Notes: generated by a model not told the origin, from the sequence alone. DNA of 64,000 nt from an uncultured Solirubrobacterales bacterium (GCA_963728365.1 CAVSJI010000002.1:49270-113269); one strand, 5' to 3'; positions 11,583-20,092 are shown, counted from the first letter of the stretch. A program made the numbers and translations.

Positions 11583-11657
11583 GACCGCATCCCCTCTCCT
11601 CCCTGCACACACCGTAGTACGCAAAGTTCGGGAGTGTCAACTCGTAGCATCCGGGGC

Positions 11658-12335
11658 ATGGAGATCCTGGTCGTCGAGGACGAGGAGGCGATCGCCGACT
11701 TCGTCGTTCGCGGCCTCGAGGCGGAGGGGCACGCGGTGCGCAGCGCCGCCGACGGGCTCCAGGGCGAACGCCTGGCGCTCGACGACGGAGTCGACCTGGT
11801 GATCCTCGACCGGATGCTGCCCGGGCGCGACGGGATGGCGGTGCTCGCCGCGATCCGCCGCGCCAAGCCGACCCTGCCGGTGATCGTGCTCACCGCCCGC
11901 GACGCTGTCGCCGACCGGGTGGAGGGGCTCGACCGCGGCGCCACCGACTATATGACCAAGCCCTTTGCCTTCGAGGAGCTGGCGGCGCGAGTGCGTGCCC
12001 ACCTGCGCCAGCCGCCGGGTGAGCGGGCGACCGAGCTGGAGGCGGCCGGGATCCGCCTCGACCTGCTGACCCGCGAGGCGCGGCGGGACACGCTCGCCGT
12101 GCGGCTACCGGAGCGCGAGGCGGCCCTGCTCGCCCACCTGATGCGACGCGCCGGCCAGGTCTGCACGCGACGCGAGCTGCTCGCCGCCGTCTGGGGCTAC
12201 GAGCACGACCCGGGCACCAACATCGTCCAGGTCTACGTCGGCTACCTGCGACGGCGCCTCGCCCTGCCCGGCTCGCCGGCGCCGATCGAGACGGTGCGCT
12301 CGGTCGGCTACCGGCTGGTGGAGCGGCCGGCGTGA
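11658..12335 (+). CDS. OmpR/PhoB-family response regulator
   Basis: MEILVVEDEE...DLVILDRMLPGRDG...TKPF receiver domain plus a winged-helix C-terminus (VQVYVGYLRRRL...TVRSVGYRL). ATG at 11658. Confidence 0.9.
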   Translation: MEILVVEDEEAIADFVVRGLEAEGHAVRSAADGLQGERLALDDGVDLVILDRMLPGRDGMAVLAAIRRAKPTLPVIVLTARDAVADRVEGLDRGATDYMTKPFAFEELAARVRAHLRQPPGERATELEAAGIRLDLLTREARRDTLAVRLPEREAALLAHLMRRAGQVCTRRELLAAVWGYEHDPGTNIVQVYVGYLRRRLALPGSPAPIETVRSVGYRLVERPA

Positions 12336-13216
12336 GGAACGCGTGGTCGCGACTCGGCCTGCGCAGCCGGCTGGGGTTGACGGTGGCGACGATCGTCCTC
12401 GTCGCGATCGCCTTCGTCGGGCTCGCCGTGCGGCGCGAGGTGAGCGAGGCGATCGGCGCGGTGCTGATCGGCGGGGCGATCGGCCTCGTCGTCGCCTTCG
12501 TCGCCGGCCGCCTGCTCGAGGAGGCCTCCTCGCGCCAGCGCCAGTTCGTCGCCGACGCCTCGCACGAGCTGCGCACCCCACTGACCGCGATCCGCGGCCA
12601 GCTCGAAGTGCTGGCCCGCGATGAGAGTCCGGACGCCGCCGAGGTGCGCCGGGTCGAGGGCGTGGTGATGGTCGAGGTGACGCGGATCGAACGCTTGGTC
12701 GACGACATGCTGGCGCTGGCGCGGCTCGACGAGGGCGAGCCGCTGCGCACGATGGAGGTGCGGCTGCCCGAGTTCCTGCGCCGCTTCGGCGAGGACCCGG
12801 CGCTCGGCGCGGTGGCCCTCGGCGAGCTGCCGGAGGGCGCGCTGCGCGCCGATCCCGAGCGTCTCACCCAGGTGATCCGCAACCTGGTCGCCAACGCGCG
12901 CCGCCACGCCGGCCCCGGCGGCCGGGTCGAGCTCTCGGCGAGCGCCCACGGCGAGCGGCTCACGGTGCGGGTCGACGACGACGGCCCGGGCATCCCCCCG
13001 GCCGAGCGCGAGCGGGTCTTCGACCGCTTCCAGCGCAGCGCCGCCGCCCGCGACCGCGGCAGCGGCGGCAGCGGCCTCGGCCTGCCGATCGCCCGCTCGA
13101 TCGTCGAGCAGCACGGCGGCCGCATCTGGATCGAGGGCTCCCCCCTGGGCGGCGCCCGCGTCGCCTTCGAGCTAGACGGGTTCGAGCCGCCCCCGGCTCA
13201 ACTCGGCACGGCGTAG
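12332..13216 (+). CDS. Sensor histidine kinase (short, membrane anchored)
   Basis: H-box FVADASHELRTPLTAIRG, N-box IRNLVANARRH, G-box GSGGSGLGLPIARSIV. 4-nt overlap with the upstream response regulator. Confidence 0.9.
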   Translation: MRNAWSRLGLRSRLGLTVATIVLVAIAFVGLAVRREVSEAIGAVLIGGAIGLVVAFVAGRLLEEASSRQRQFVADASHELRTPLTAIRGQLEVLARDESPDAAEVRRVEGVVMVEVTRIERLVDDMLALARLDEGEPLRTMEVRLPEFLRRFGEDPALGAVALGELPEGALRADPERLTQVIRNLVANARRHAGPGGRVELSASAHGERLTVRVDDDGPGIPPAERERVFDRFQRSAAARDRGSGGSGLGLPIARSIVEQHGGRIWIEGSPLGGARVAFELDGFEPPPAQLGTA

Positions 13217-14259
13217 ATCTGGCCGCCGGATTCGACGACCTGCTTCGGGGCCAGGCCGGCCGGCGGCGGGCCGGCGATCACTTCGCCGGTTTCGGCGCTG
13301 TACTCGCCGCCGTGGCAAGGGCAGACGATCACGCCGCCCTGGTAGCCGACCGTACAGCCGGCGTGGGTGCAGACGGCGCTGAAGGCCATGAGGTCGCCCG
13401 CTTCGTCGCGGATCAGGATGTCGGGCGCGCCGTCGCCGGGGTCGGTGTAGGTGGCCGCCTGTCCGGCGGGCAGGCGCTTGCCCGGACCGAGGCGCACGGC
13501 GCCGCTGGGGACCGCGGAGCCGCCGCCGGACGCGGAGCTGCCGTTTCCACCTGAGCCGCCGTTGCCGCCGCCACCGCTGGAGGAACCGCCCCCACCTCCC
13601 GTCGCCGCGCCCGACCCACCCGAGAGCGTGCGCGCCGCCGTGTAGGTGCCCCTGGCGAGGGTCGAGATGCCGGCTATCGCGACCGCCATGCCGGCGAACT
13701 CGGCGAGCAGGACGCGGCGCGTGGTGACCGGGTCCGGCAGCGGTTCGCCCGCCTCGGCCGGGCGCAGGCGGGTGCGCCGCGCCAGCTCGCGCGAGCCGCG
13801 CTCGGTGAGGTTGTCGAGGGCGGGCTGGCCCTCGGCGCCGGCCAGCGCGAGGGGCAGCCAGGCAAAGGCGAAGACGAGGTCGGGCCCGAGGAAGTAGGGC
13901 GTCGTGTGCCAGCTCGCGGTGAGGAAGAGGAGGAAGTTGAGGGCCATGCCGCCGGCGGCGGCGACACGGGTGAAGAGCCCGGCGGTGGCGAGAAGCCCGA
14001 TCAGGATCTCGGTCACGGCGACGCCGATCCCGGCCAGCTCGGGGTGCGGCAGGGCGAAGGTGCGCAGGACGAACCCGCCTGGGGTGCCGGCGGCGAAGCC
14101 ATGCAGCTGGGTGCCGATGTAGGTCGATGCGCCGGCATGCAGGAAGCCTGGGTCGCTGAGCTTCTGGATGCCGGCGTAGACGAAGGTGGCGCCGAGGAAG
14201 AGGCGCAGGGGGAGCAGCGCCATCGCCGGCGATATCGAGCTCCTGCGCATCGGGGTCAA
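13198..14259 (-). CDS. DoxX-like membrane domain fused to a Rieske [2Fe-2S] domain via a Gly/Ser linker
   Basis: N-terminal multi-TM region (LRLFLGATFVYAGIQKL...). Linker GGGGGSSSGGGGNGGSGGNGSS. C-terminal CTHAGC...CPCHGG Rieske ligands. Confidence 0.75.
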   Translation of the reverse strand: MTPMRRSSISPAMALLPLRLFLGATFVYAGIQKLSDPGFLHAGASTYIGTQLHGFAAGTPGGFVLRTFALPHPELAGIGVAVTEILIGLLATAGLFTRVAAAGGMALNFLLFLTASWHTTPYFLGPDLVFAFAWLPLALAGAEGQPALDNLTERGSRELARRTRLRPAEAGEPLPDPVTTRRVLLAEFAGMAVAIAGISTLARGTYTAARTLSGGSGAATGGGGGSSSGGGGNGGSGGNGSSASGGGSAVPSGAVRLGPGKRLPAGQAATYTDPGDGAPDILIRDEAGDLMAFSAVCTHAGCTVGYQGGVIVCPCHGGEYSAETGEVIAGPPPAGLAPKQVVESGGQIYAVPS

Positions 14260-14357
14260 TCTCCCGCGCCCGCCTAAATCCCTGCTCAGACGGGAGTGAG
14301 AGACCTCTCACGCCGTCGTTAGGACGCGATAAGCCCGCGCCACCAGCATCGCCGCCG

Positions 14358-14978
14358 ATGTACAGCGAGGGCACCGCCACGGTTCGCGACGGGGTCGCCG
14401 GCAACGCCCGCCTGACCGGCGGCGCGGCAGTGGCGCTGCTTGTCCTGCTCGCCGCCGAGGGGGCGACGATCCCCTTCATCGGACAGCTGGTCGGCCCGCA
14501 CGTCTTCATCGGCATGCTGCTGATCCCGCCGGTCGCGCTGAAGCTGGGCAGCACCGGGTACCGCTTCGCCCGCTACTACACCGGCAGCCCGCCCTACCGG
14601 AGCAAGGGCCCCCCGTCCCTTGCCCTGCGGGTGCTCGCCCCCGGTGTCGTCCTGGCGACCGTCGCCCTCTTCGCCACCGGCGTGGCGCTGGCAGCGGTCG
14701 GCCCCGACGCCGCCGCCGCCAACTCGCTCAAGTTCCTCCACAAGGCGTTCTTCATCCTCTGGTTCGGCCTGATGACGATCCACGTCCTCGGCCACCTCCT
14801 CGAGCTGCCCAGCCTAGCCCTCCCCGACTGGCGCCGCCACGGCGGCCGCGAGGCGGCCCTGGCCGGCTCCGGCCTGCGCATAGCCCTGCTCGGCGCCTCG
14901 CTGCTCGCCGGCCTCGCCCTGGCCCTGGCGACCCTCTCCCTGATCGGCTCCTGGGCCGGCACCACGCTCGGCGGCTGA
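14358..14978 (+). CDS. Hypothetical polytopic membrane protein
   Basis: Four to five hydrophobic helices and high GC3. No motif recognised. Confidence 0.55.
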   Translation: MYSEGTATVRDGVAGNARLTGGAAVALLVLLAAEGATIPFIGQLVGPHVFIGMLLIPPVALKLGSTGYRFARYYTGSPPYRSKGPPSLALRVLAPGVVLATVALFATGVALAAVGPDAAAANSLKFLHKAFFILWFGLMTIHVLGHLLELPSLALPDWRRHGGREAALAGSGLRIALLGASLLAGLALALATLSLIGSWAGTTLGG

Positions 14979-14990
14979 GCGCCGAGTCGC

Positions 14991-15037
14991 TTCCGGTGCG
15001 CCTTTTGCGGTCCATGACCACATAAGGCGCACCGGAA
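14991..15037. repeat. 47-nt palindromic intergenic element, copy A (14-bp stem TTCCGGTGCGCCTT / AAGGCGCACCGGAA, 19-nt loop)
   Basis: Read directly. It lies between convergent genes. It is the reverse complement of copy B (27719-27765) with one mismatch. Confidence 0.85.
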
Positions 15038-15052
15038 CTGGCCCCGAGCGGG

Positions 15053-15376
15053 TCAGTCGTCCGCGCCGCCGCTGTGCTCGCCGTCGCCGCCGTCGGAGTG
15101 CTGCGGTTTGGCGGGGGCGGGCGGGGTCGTGTAGGTCGGGGGCTCGGCTGATTCGGATGGTGTCGGCGTCGTGGGCGAGCTCTGGGTGCGATGCGGGTGG
15201 TGCTTGGCGCGATGCCGAGTGGGATTGGCGTGCTCGACGGCCCTGGGGGCCAGGGCGTCGCCGGCTGTCACCGGTTCGGAGGCGAGGCCGATCTGCTGGC
15301 TGGCCAGGCGGCTGGCGGCGAACGCCACCGCGGCGGCGATCAGGATGCCGAGCAGGGCGAGGCCGATCCAGCGCAT
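15053..15376 (-). CDS. Small membrane-anchored His/Pro/Thr-rich protein
   Basis: MRWIGLALLGILIAAAVAFAA anchor, then HANPTRHRAKHHPHRTQSSPTTPTP. Lies immediately downstream of the HK in the same operon. Start moved to ATG 15376. Confidence 0.5.
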   Translation of the reverse strand: MRWIGLALLGILIAAAVAFAASRLASQQIGLASEPVTAGDALAPRAVEHANPTRHRAKHHPHRTQSSPTTPTPSESAEPPTYTTPPAPAKPQHSDGGDGEHSGGADD

Positions 15377-15386
15377 CGCGGTCACC

Positions 15387-16739
15387 TTAGGAGCCCTCCG
15401 GCAAAGGGACGGCAAAGTCCGGTTGGGGCAGGGTGATGGTGGCTGTGGCGCCGCCGCCCTCGCGGGGGGCAAGGGTCACCTCGCCGCCCCACTGGCGGGC
15501 CAGCTCGCGGGCTATCGGCAGGCCGAGGCCGGTGCCGCCGGGGCCGTGGCGGCCGGCGCTGCCGCGGCGGAAGCGCTCGAAGACGGCGTCCTGCTCGGCC
15601 GGATCGAGACCGGGTCCGCGGTCGCGGACCTCGATCCCACTTGCGCCGGCGGCGATCTCGACGGTCGCCCCTGGGGGTGAGTAGCGCACCGCGTTCTCGA
15701 CAAGCGCGTCAAGCGCGCGGTCGAGGTCGGGCGACGCGCACCAGGCCTCCCCCGCCCCAGCGCGCACGGCACTCAGCTCGACCGAGCGCTCACCGGCCAG
15801 CGCCCGCCAGCGCTCCGCGGCACGGGCGGCGGCGGCGGCGAGGTCGACCCGCTCGCCCGGCAGTTCGTGCTCGCCGGCGCGGCTCAGCACGAGCAGCTCC
15901 TCGACGATCTGCGAGAGGCGGTCGATCTCGGCCATCGCCGCCTCGAGCTCGGCCGGGCCGGCTTCCCGCCCCGGCTCGGCCATCCCCTCGAGGCGCAGGC
16001 GCAGCCCGGTCAGCGGCGTGCGCAGCTGGTGCGAGGCGTCGGCGACGAAGTCGCGCTGGCCGCGCAGCAGGCGCTTGACCCGCTCGGTCATCTCGTTGAA
16101 GGCGCGCGCCAGCGAACGCTGCTCGCTGCTTCCTTCCACGGCCACGGTCGCGTCGAGATCTCCGGTCGCGACCCGGCGCGCCGCCACGTCCAACCGGCGG
16201 ATCGGCCGCGCGATCCGCTGCGCGACCACGGCCCCGGCGACGAGCCCGAGCAGCAGGACGACGCCGGCCAGGGCCGCCAGGTCGAGGATCGCGGTCTTCA
16301 CCGCACCGCTCACCGCGGAGACGCTCTGGGTCACCCGCACCGCGCCGTCCGGCCGGCCTTCGCTGAGCACCGGCGCCGAGGTGGCGAGAATCGAGGCGCC
16401 GAGCGTTTCGCTGTGGCGGGTGATCTGCTCGCCGTGGCCGCGCAGCGCCGCCCGCACCTCGGGCCGGTCGGCGTAGTCGCGGCCGGCCGGGGCGCCAGCC
16501 GAGTCGGCGATCAGGCGCCCGGCCGCGTTGACGACGATCACCCGGCCGCGCACGCTGTCGGCCGAGACGTTGACCAGGTTGCGCAGCGCCGGGCGCTGTG
16601 CGAGATCGAGCAGCTCCGCGGCGGAGGCGGCGACCACGTCGGCCTGGCTGCGCGCCTGGCCCTTGACCTCGGCGTCGACGCGGTCGCGCAGGCTGACCGC
16701 GAGCGGCACGCCGAGGGCGATCAGGGCCAGGGCCAGCAC
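15387..16739 (-). CDS. Sensor histidine kinase (two TM, HAMP, HisKA, HATPase)
   Basis: FVADASHQLRTPLTGLR, LVENAVRYSP, GTGLGLPIARELA. The start (GTG 16739) may lie further upstream, because the in-frame hydrophobic extension reaches the response regulator stop. Confidence 0.9.
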   Translation of the reverse strand: MLALALIALGVPLAVSLRDRVDAEVKGQARSQADVVAASAAELLDLAQRPALRNLVNVSADSVRGRVIVVNAAGRLIADSAGAPAGRDYADRPEVRAALRGHGEQITRHSETLGASILATSAPVLSEGRPDGAVRVTQSVSAVSGAVKTAILDLAALAGVVLLLGLVAGAVVAQRIARPIRRLDVAARRVATGDLDATVAVEGSSEQRSLARAFNEMTERVKRLLRGQRDFVADASHQLRTPLTGLRLRLEGMAEPGREAGPAELEAAMAEIDRLSQIVEELLVLSRAGEHELPGERVDLAAAAARAAERWRALAGERSVELSAVRAGAGEAWCASPDLDRALDALVENAVRYSPPGATVEIAAGASGIEVRDRGPGLDPAEQDAVFERFRRGSAGRHGPGGTGLGLPIARELARQWGGEVTLAPREGGGATATITLPQPDFAVPLPEGS

Positions 16740-16774
16740 GTAGGCCAGCGAGAGCAGGAGGGTCGCGCGCAGGC

Positions 16775-17506
16775 TCAGGCCCGGGGCTCCTCGTCCTGCG
16801 GCGCGGCGAAGCGGAAGCCGACTCCGCGGACCGTCTCTATATATGTCGGGTCGTTGGGGTCGTCGCCGAGCTTGCGCCGCAACCAGCCGACGTGCACGTC
16901 GAGTGTCTTGGTCGAGCCGAACCAGTTGACGTCCCAGACCTTGGCCATCAGGTCCTCGCGCCTGACCACCCGGCCGGCGTGGCGCATCAGCTCGGCGAGC
17001 AGGTCGAACTCCTTGCGCGAGAGCTCGAGCTCGGCCCCGGCCAGAGTCGCGGTGCGCGCCGCCGGATCGATCCGCAGATCGCCGACCGCCATCGGCTTCA
17101 GCTCCGCGGTGCCGCCGTCGCGCGGAGCGCTGCGGCGCAGGACCGCGCGAATCCGCGAGATCGTCTCGCGGGCGCTGAACGGCTTGACCACGTAGTCGTC
17201 GGCGCCCAGCTCGAGTCCGACGATGCGGTCCATCTCGGTGCCGCGCGCGGTCAGCATCACGATCGGCACGTCGGAGCGGCGGCGCAGCTCGCGGCAGACA
17301 TCGCGGCCGTCGCCGTCGGGGAGGCTGAGGTCGAGCATCACCAGGTCGGGCTCGGCCTCCTCAGCCAACTCCAGGGCGCCGGCCGCGGTGCGGGTCACCA
17401 GCGGCTCGAAGCCGGCGCGGCGCAGCGCCTCGGCGAAGGGCTCGGAGATCGAGGCTTCGTCCTCGACCACGAGGATCCGGCCGCCGGGCGCCGCAGGGTC
17501 CGCCAT
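16775..17506 (-). CDS. OmpR/PhoB-family response regulator
   Basis: RILVVEDE...DLVMLDLSLPDGDG...VKPF receiver domain plus LDVHVGWLRRKL...TVRGVGFRF wHTH. Confidence 0.9.
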   Translation of the reverse strand: MADPAAPGGRILVVEDEASISEPFAEALRRAGFEPLVTRTAAGALELAEEAEPDLVMLDLSLPDGDGRDVCRELRRRSDVPIVMLTARGTEMDRIVGLELGADDYVVKPFSARETISRIRAVLRRSAPRDGGTAELKPMAVGDLRIDPAARTATLAGAELELSRKEFDLLAELMRHAGRVVRREDLMAKVWDVNWFGSTKTLDVHVGWLRRKLGDDPNDPTYIETVRGVGFRFAAPQDEEPRA

Positions 17507-17646
17507 GAACCCACTGTAACGCCGTCGCCGCGCACGGTTTGCGGGTAAATCGCAGGTTTTGCCCGTTCTTTACCCACGCCTTGGAGGGTCTTCAACGCGC
17601 CGCCCGCAGACTGCGCCTCAGTGCAATCGGCCAGGAGGAAGAGAAC

Positions 17647-18222
17647 GTGAACCGGAAGCTGAAGACACGACTTGCGGCGGGGCTGACGATCGTCGGCCTC
17701 GGTGGGCTGACCGGACTGGCGCTGAGCGCCGGCGGCCAGAAGGCGAACACGCTCGCCGACAAGCCGCTGATCCGGACCAAGGTGATCCACCGCACGATCC
17801 GGGTCACCAAGCACGTCAAGCCGAAACACCCGGTCGCGGCCGGCGGCGGCGCCTACGGCGGCAGCGCCGGCTACTCCGGCCCGTCCCCCGGCGTCACCAC
17901 GGGCGCGTCGTCCAGCGGCTCGTCCTCCTACGGGAGCTCCGGCTCCGCGCCGGTGACGACCGCGAGCAGCGGCGCCTCCTCGTCCCCGTCGGGCTCCTCG
18001 GGCGCGACCGCTCCGGTCACCACCCACAGCAGCGGCTCACACGGCGCCGGCTCGGGCGGCGGTGGCTCGGCCCCCGTGACCACGCAGACGAGCGGCGCCG
18101 GCGCAGAATCGGGCGGCGGCACCGGCACCCCGGTGACCACCGCCAGCAGCGGCGGCGGCGCGGCGGGTGGAGGAGGCGGCGAGGATGGCGGCGGCGAGAG
18201 CGAGGGCGGCGGCGATGACTGA
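17647..18222 (+). CDS. Membrane-anchored/secreted Gly-Ser-rich protein with five ~20-aa (A)PVTT-x-SG repeats
   Basis: GTG 17647 follows AGGAGGAAGAG. N-terminal anchor LAAGLTIVGLGGLTGLALSA. VTT codons at 17893, 17953, 18016, 18076 and 18133 give a period of 57-63 nt. TGAS, SGAS and SGAT tetrapeptides are present. Confidence 0.7.
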   Translation: MNRKLKTRLAAGLTIVGLGGLTGLALSAGGQKANTLADKPLIRTKVIHRTIRVTKHVKPKHPVAAGGGAYGGSAGYSGPSPGVTTGASSSGSSSYGSSGSAPVTTASSGASSSPSGSSGATAPVTTHSSGSHGAGSGGGGSAPVTTQTSGAGAESGGGTGTPVTTASSGGGAAGGGGGEDGGGESEGGGDD

Positions 18223-18496
18223 GCCGGCGGCCCGCGCGACCCGGCGACCGGGCCCCGCCCTGGTCGTCTGGGGCTCGATCGCCCTCTTCGCGGTTCTCTT
18301 CGCGCTGCTCACCTACCAGCTTGCCTCGAGCCAGCCGGCCACCCCGCGTCCCGTCCTGGTGCGCAAGGTGCTGAAGCGCAAGGTGATCACGACCTACGTG
18401 CCGACGCCTGGCCAGAACAGCGTCTCGGCCAGCGGCGGATCCCTCGGCGCGGAAGCCTCGCCGGCCTACGCCCCGGTCACCACCGGAGCCTCCTGA
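18215..18496 (+). CDS. Small single-pass membrane protein ending in PVTTGAS
   Basis: ATG 18215 makes an ATGA-type overlap with the upstream stop. TM VVWGSIALFAVLFALLTY. The C-terminal YAPVTTGAS stop lies 1 nt before the apbE ATG. Confidence 0.6.
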   Translation: MTEPAARATRRPGPALVVWGSIALFAVLFALLTYQLASSQPATPRPVLVRKVLKRKVITTYVPTPGQNSVSASGGSLGAEASPAYAPVTTGAS

Positions 18497-18497
18497 G

Positions 18498-19475
18498 ATG
18501 AGCGAGCACGACGTCACATTCGACGCGATGGGCTCGCACGTGCGGCTGCTGATCGGCGCGCCGGGGCCGGACATGGCGCCCGCCGCCGAGGCCGCCCGGG
18601 AAGCGCGGCGGCTGATCGAGGAGTTCGACGCAACCCTCTCCCGCTTCAAGCCCGAGAGCGAGCTCTGCGCCTTCAACGCCGACCCGCGCGAGCGCGTGCC
18701 GGCCTCCGAGCTGCTGCGCGCCGCGGTCGGCGCCGGCCTCGAGGCGGCCGAGCACAGCGGCGGCCTGGTCGACCCCACCCTGACCGACGAGATCGAGTCC
18801 GCCGGCTACGTCGCCTCGCGGGCCGGGATGCGCGGCGAGCCGCTCGAGGCCGCCCTGCGCGAGGCGCCCGCGCGGCGCCCGGCCCGTCCCAACCCGGCGG
18901 CGCGCTGGCGCGGCTTCGAGGTCGACGACGAGGCGGGGACGATCCGCCGCCCGCCGGGCGTGCGCTTCGACACCGGTGGCGCCGGCAAGGGCCTCGCAGC
19001 CGACCTGCTCGCCGCCCGCCTGCGCGGTTACTCGCGCTTCATCGTCGATTGCGGCGGCGACATCCGGATCGGCGGTCCCGGCGCCCTCGTCACCCCGTAT
19101 GAGGTCTTCGTCGAGCACCCTCTGACGGGAGAGCGCGCCTTCGTGCTGAAGCTCGGCTCGGGCGCCGTCGCCACCTCCGGCCTCAACGTGCGGATCTGGC
19201 GCGAGGCGAGCGGCCGCTTCGCCCACCACCTGCTCGACCCGGCAAGCGGCGAGCCGGCCTGGACTGGCCTGGTCGGCGCCACCGCGCTCGGCGACACCGC
19301 GGTCGAGGCAGAGACCTACGCCAAGGCGGCGCTGCTCTCCGGTCCCGAGCGCGGCCGCGAGGTGCTCGCCGCCCGCGGCGGCCTGCTCGTCCACGACGGC
19401 GGCGAGGTCGAGACGGTCGGACCGCTCGCCGCCAGACCCCGCATCCGCATCGCCAACCCGGCGCCGAGCGCATGA
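18498..19475 (+). CDS. apbE: FAD:protein FMN transferase (ApbE family)
   Basis: FDAMGSHVRL, LSRFKPESEL, DTGGAGKGLAADL and the overall ApbE layout. Confidence 0.85.
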   Translation: MSEHDVTFDAMGSHVRLLIGAPGPDMAPAAEAAREARRLIEEFDATLSRFKPESELCAFNADPRERVPASELLRAAVGAGLEAAEHSGGLVDPTLTDEIESAGYVASRAGMRGEPLEAALREAPARRPARPNPAARWRGFEVDDEAGTIRRPPGVRFDTGGAGKGLAADLLAARLRGYSRFIVDCGGDIRIGGPGALVTPYEVFVEHPLTGERAFVLKLGSGAVATSGLNVRIWREASGRFAHHLLDPASGEPAWTGLVGATALGDTAVEAETYAKAALLSGPERGREVLAARGGLLVHDGGEVETVGPLAARPRIRIANPAPSA

Positions 19476-20092
19476 ACCCCGCCGCGACCGAAACGCTGCA
19501 GACACACGGCTGGTGGATCGCCAGCCGCGCCTCGGGGCTGCTCGCCCTCGTCCTGGTGACGGTCTCGGTCGCGATCGGCCTGACGATGGCCGGCAAGGTG
19601 ATGCGCCGGCCCGGCCTCTCGCGCAAGCTGCTGGCGATCCACGAGCACACGGCAGTGGCCGGGATCGTCGCGATCGCCGTGCACGGCATCACCCTGCTCG
19701 GCGACCCCTGGCTCAACCCCGGCCCGAAGGGCATCGCGATCCCCTTCCTGATGAGCTTCCGGCCGCTCTGGACGGGGCTGGGCATACTCGGGGGCTACCT
19801 GGCGGCGCTGCTCGGGCTGAGCTTCTACTTCCGCAAGCGGATCGGGGCGAAGCTCTGGCGCAAGGCCCACCGAGCCACCGTCGCGGTCTGGCTGCTCGGG
19901 ATCGCCCACGCGATCGGCGCCGGCAGTGACGCCTCGGCCCCCTGGTTCCGCTGGTGGGTCGTGCTCACGACTCCGCCGATCGCCGGCCTCTTCGTCTACC
20001 GAACCCTGTCGCACGGCAGGGCGAAGAAGCGGCCGGCGGCCACCCCCAAACGTCAACCGGTCCGGGCGATCCCGGCCCTGGAGGAGGCATGA
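19472..20092 (+). CDS. Ferric-reductase-like (MsrQ/FRD-type) di-heme transmembrane protein
   Basis: Six hydrophobic helices with His pairs in LAIHEHTAVAGIVAIAVHGITLLGD and HRATVAVWLLGIAHAIG. 4-nt overlap with apbE. Confidence 0.75.
   Translation: MNPAATETLQTHGWWIASRASGLLALVLVTVSVAIGLTMAGKVMRRPGLSRKLLAIHEHTAVAGIVAIAVHGITLLGDPWLNPGPKGIAIPFLMSFRPLWTGLGILGGYLAALLGLSFYFRKRIGAKLWRKAHRATVAVWLLGIAHAIGAGSDASAPWFRWWVVLTTPPIAGLFVYRTLSHGRAKKRPAATPKRQPVRAIPALEEA

Noticed and set aside
17880-18180. ~60-nt tandem DNA repeat that could be a non-coding VNTR
   Set aside because: The repeats are in frame within a high-GC3 ORF that has an RBS and an N-terminal anchor. The period varies (57-63 nt) in multiples of 3 and the peptide core PVTT is conserved. 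It is therefore a coding repeat.
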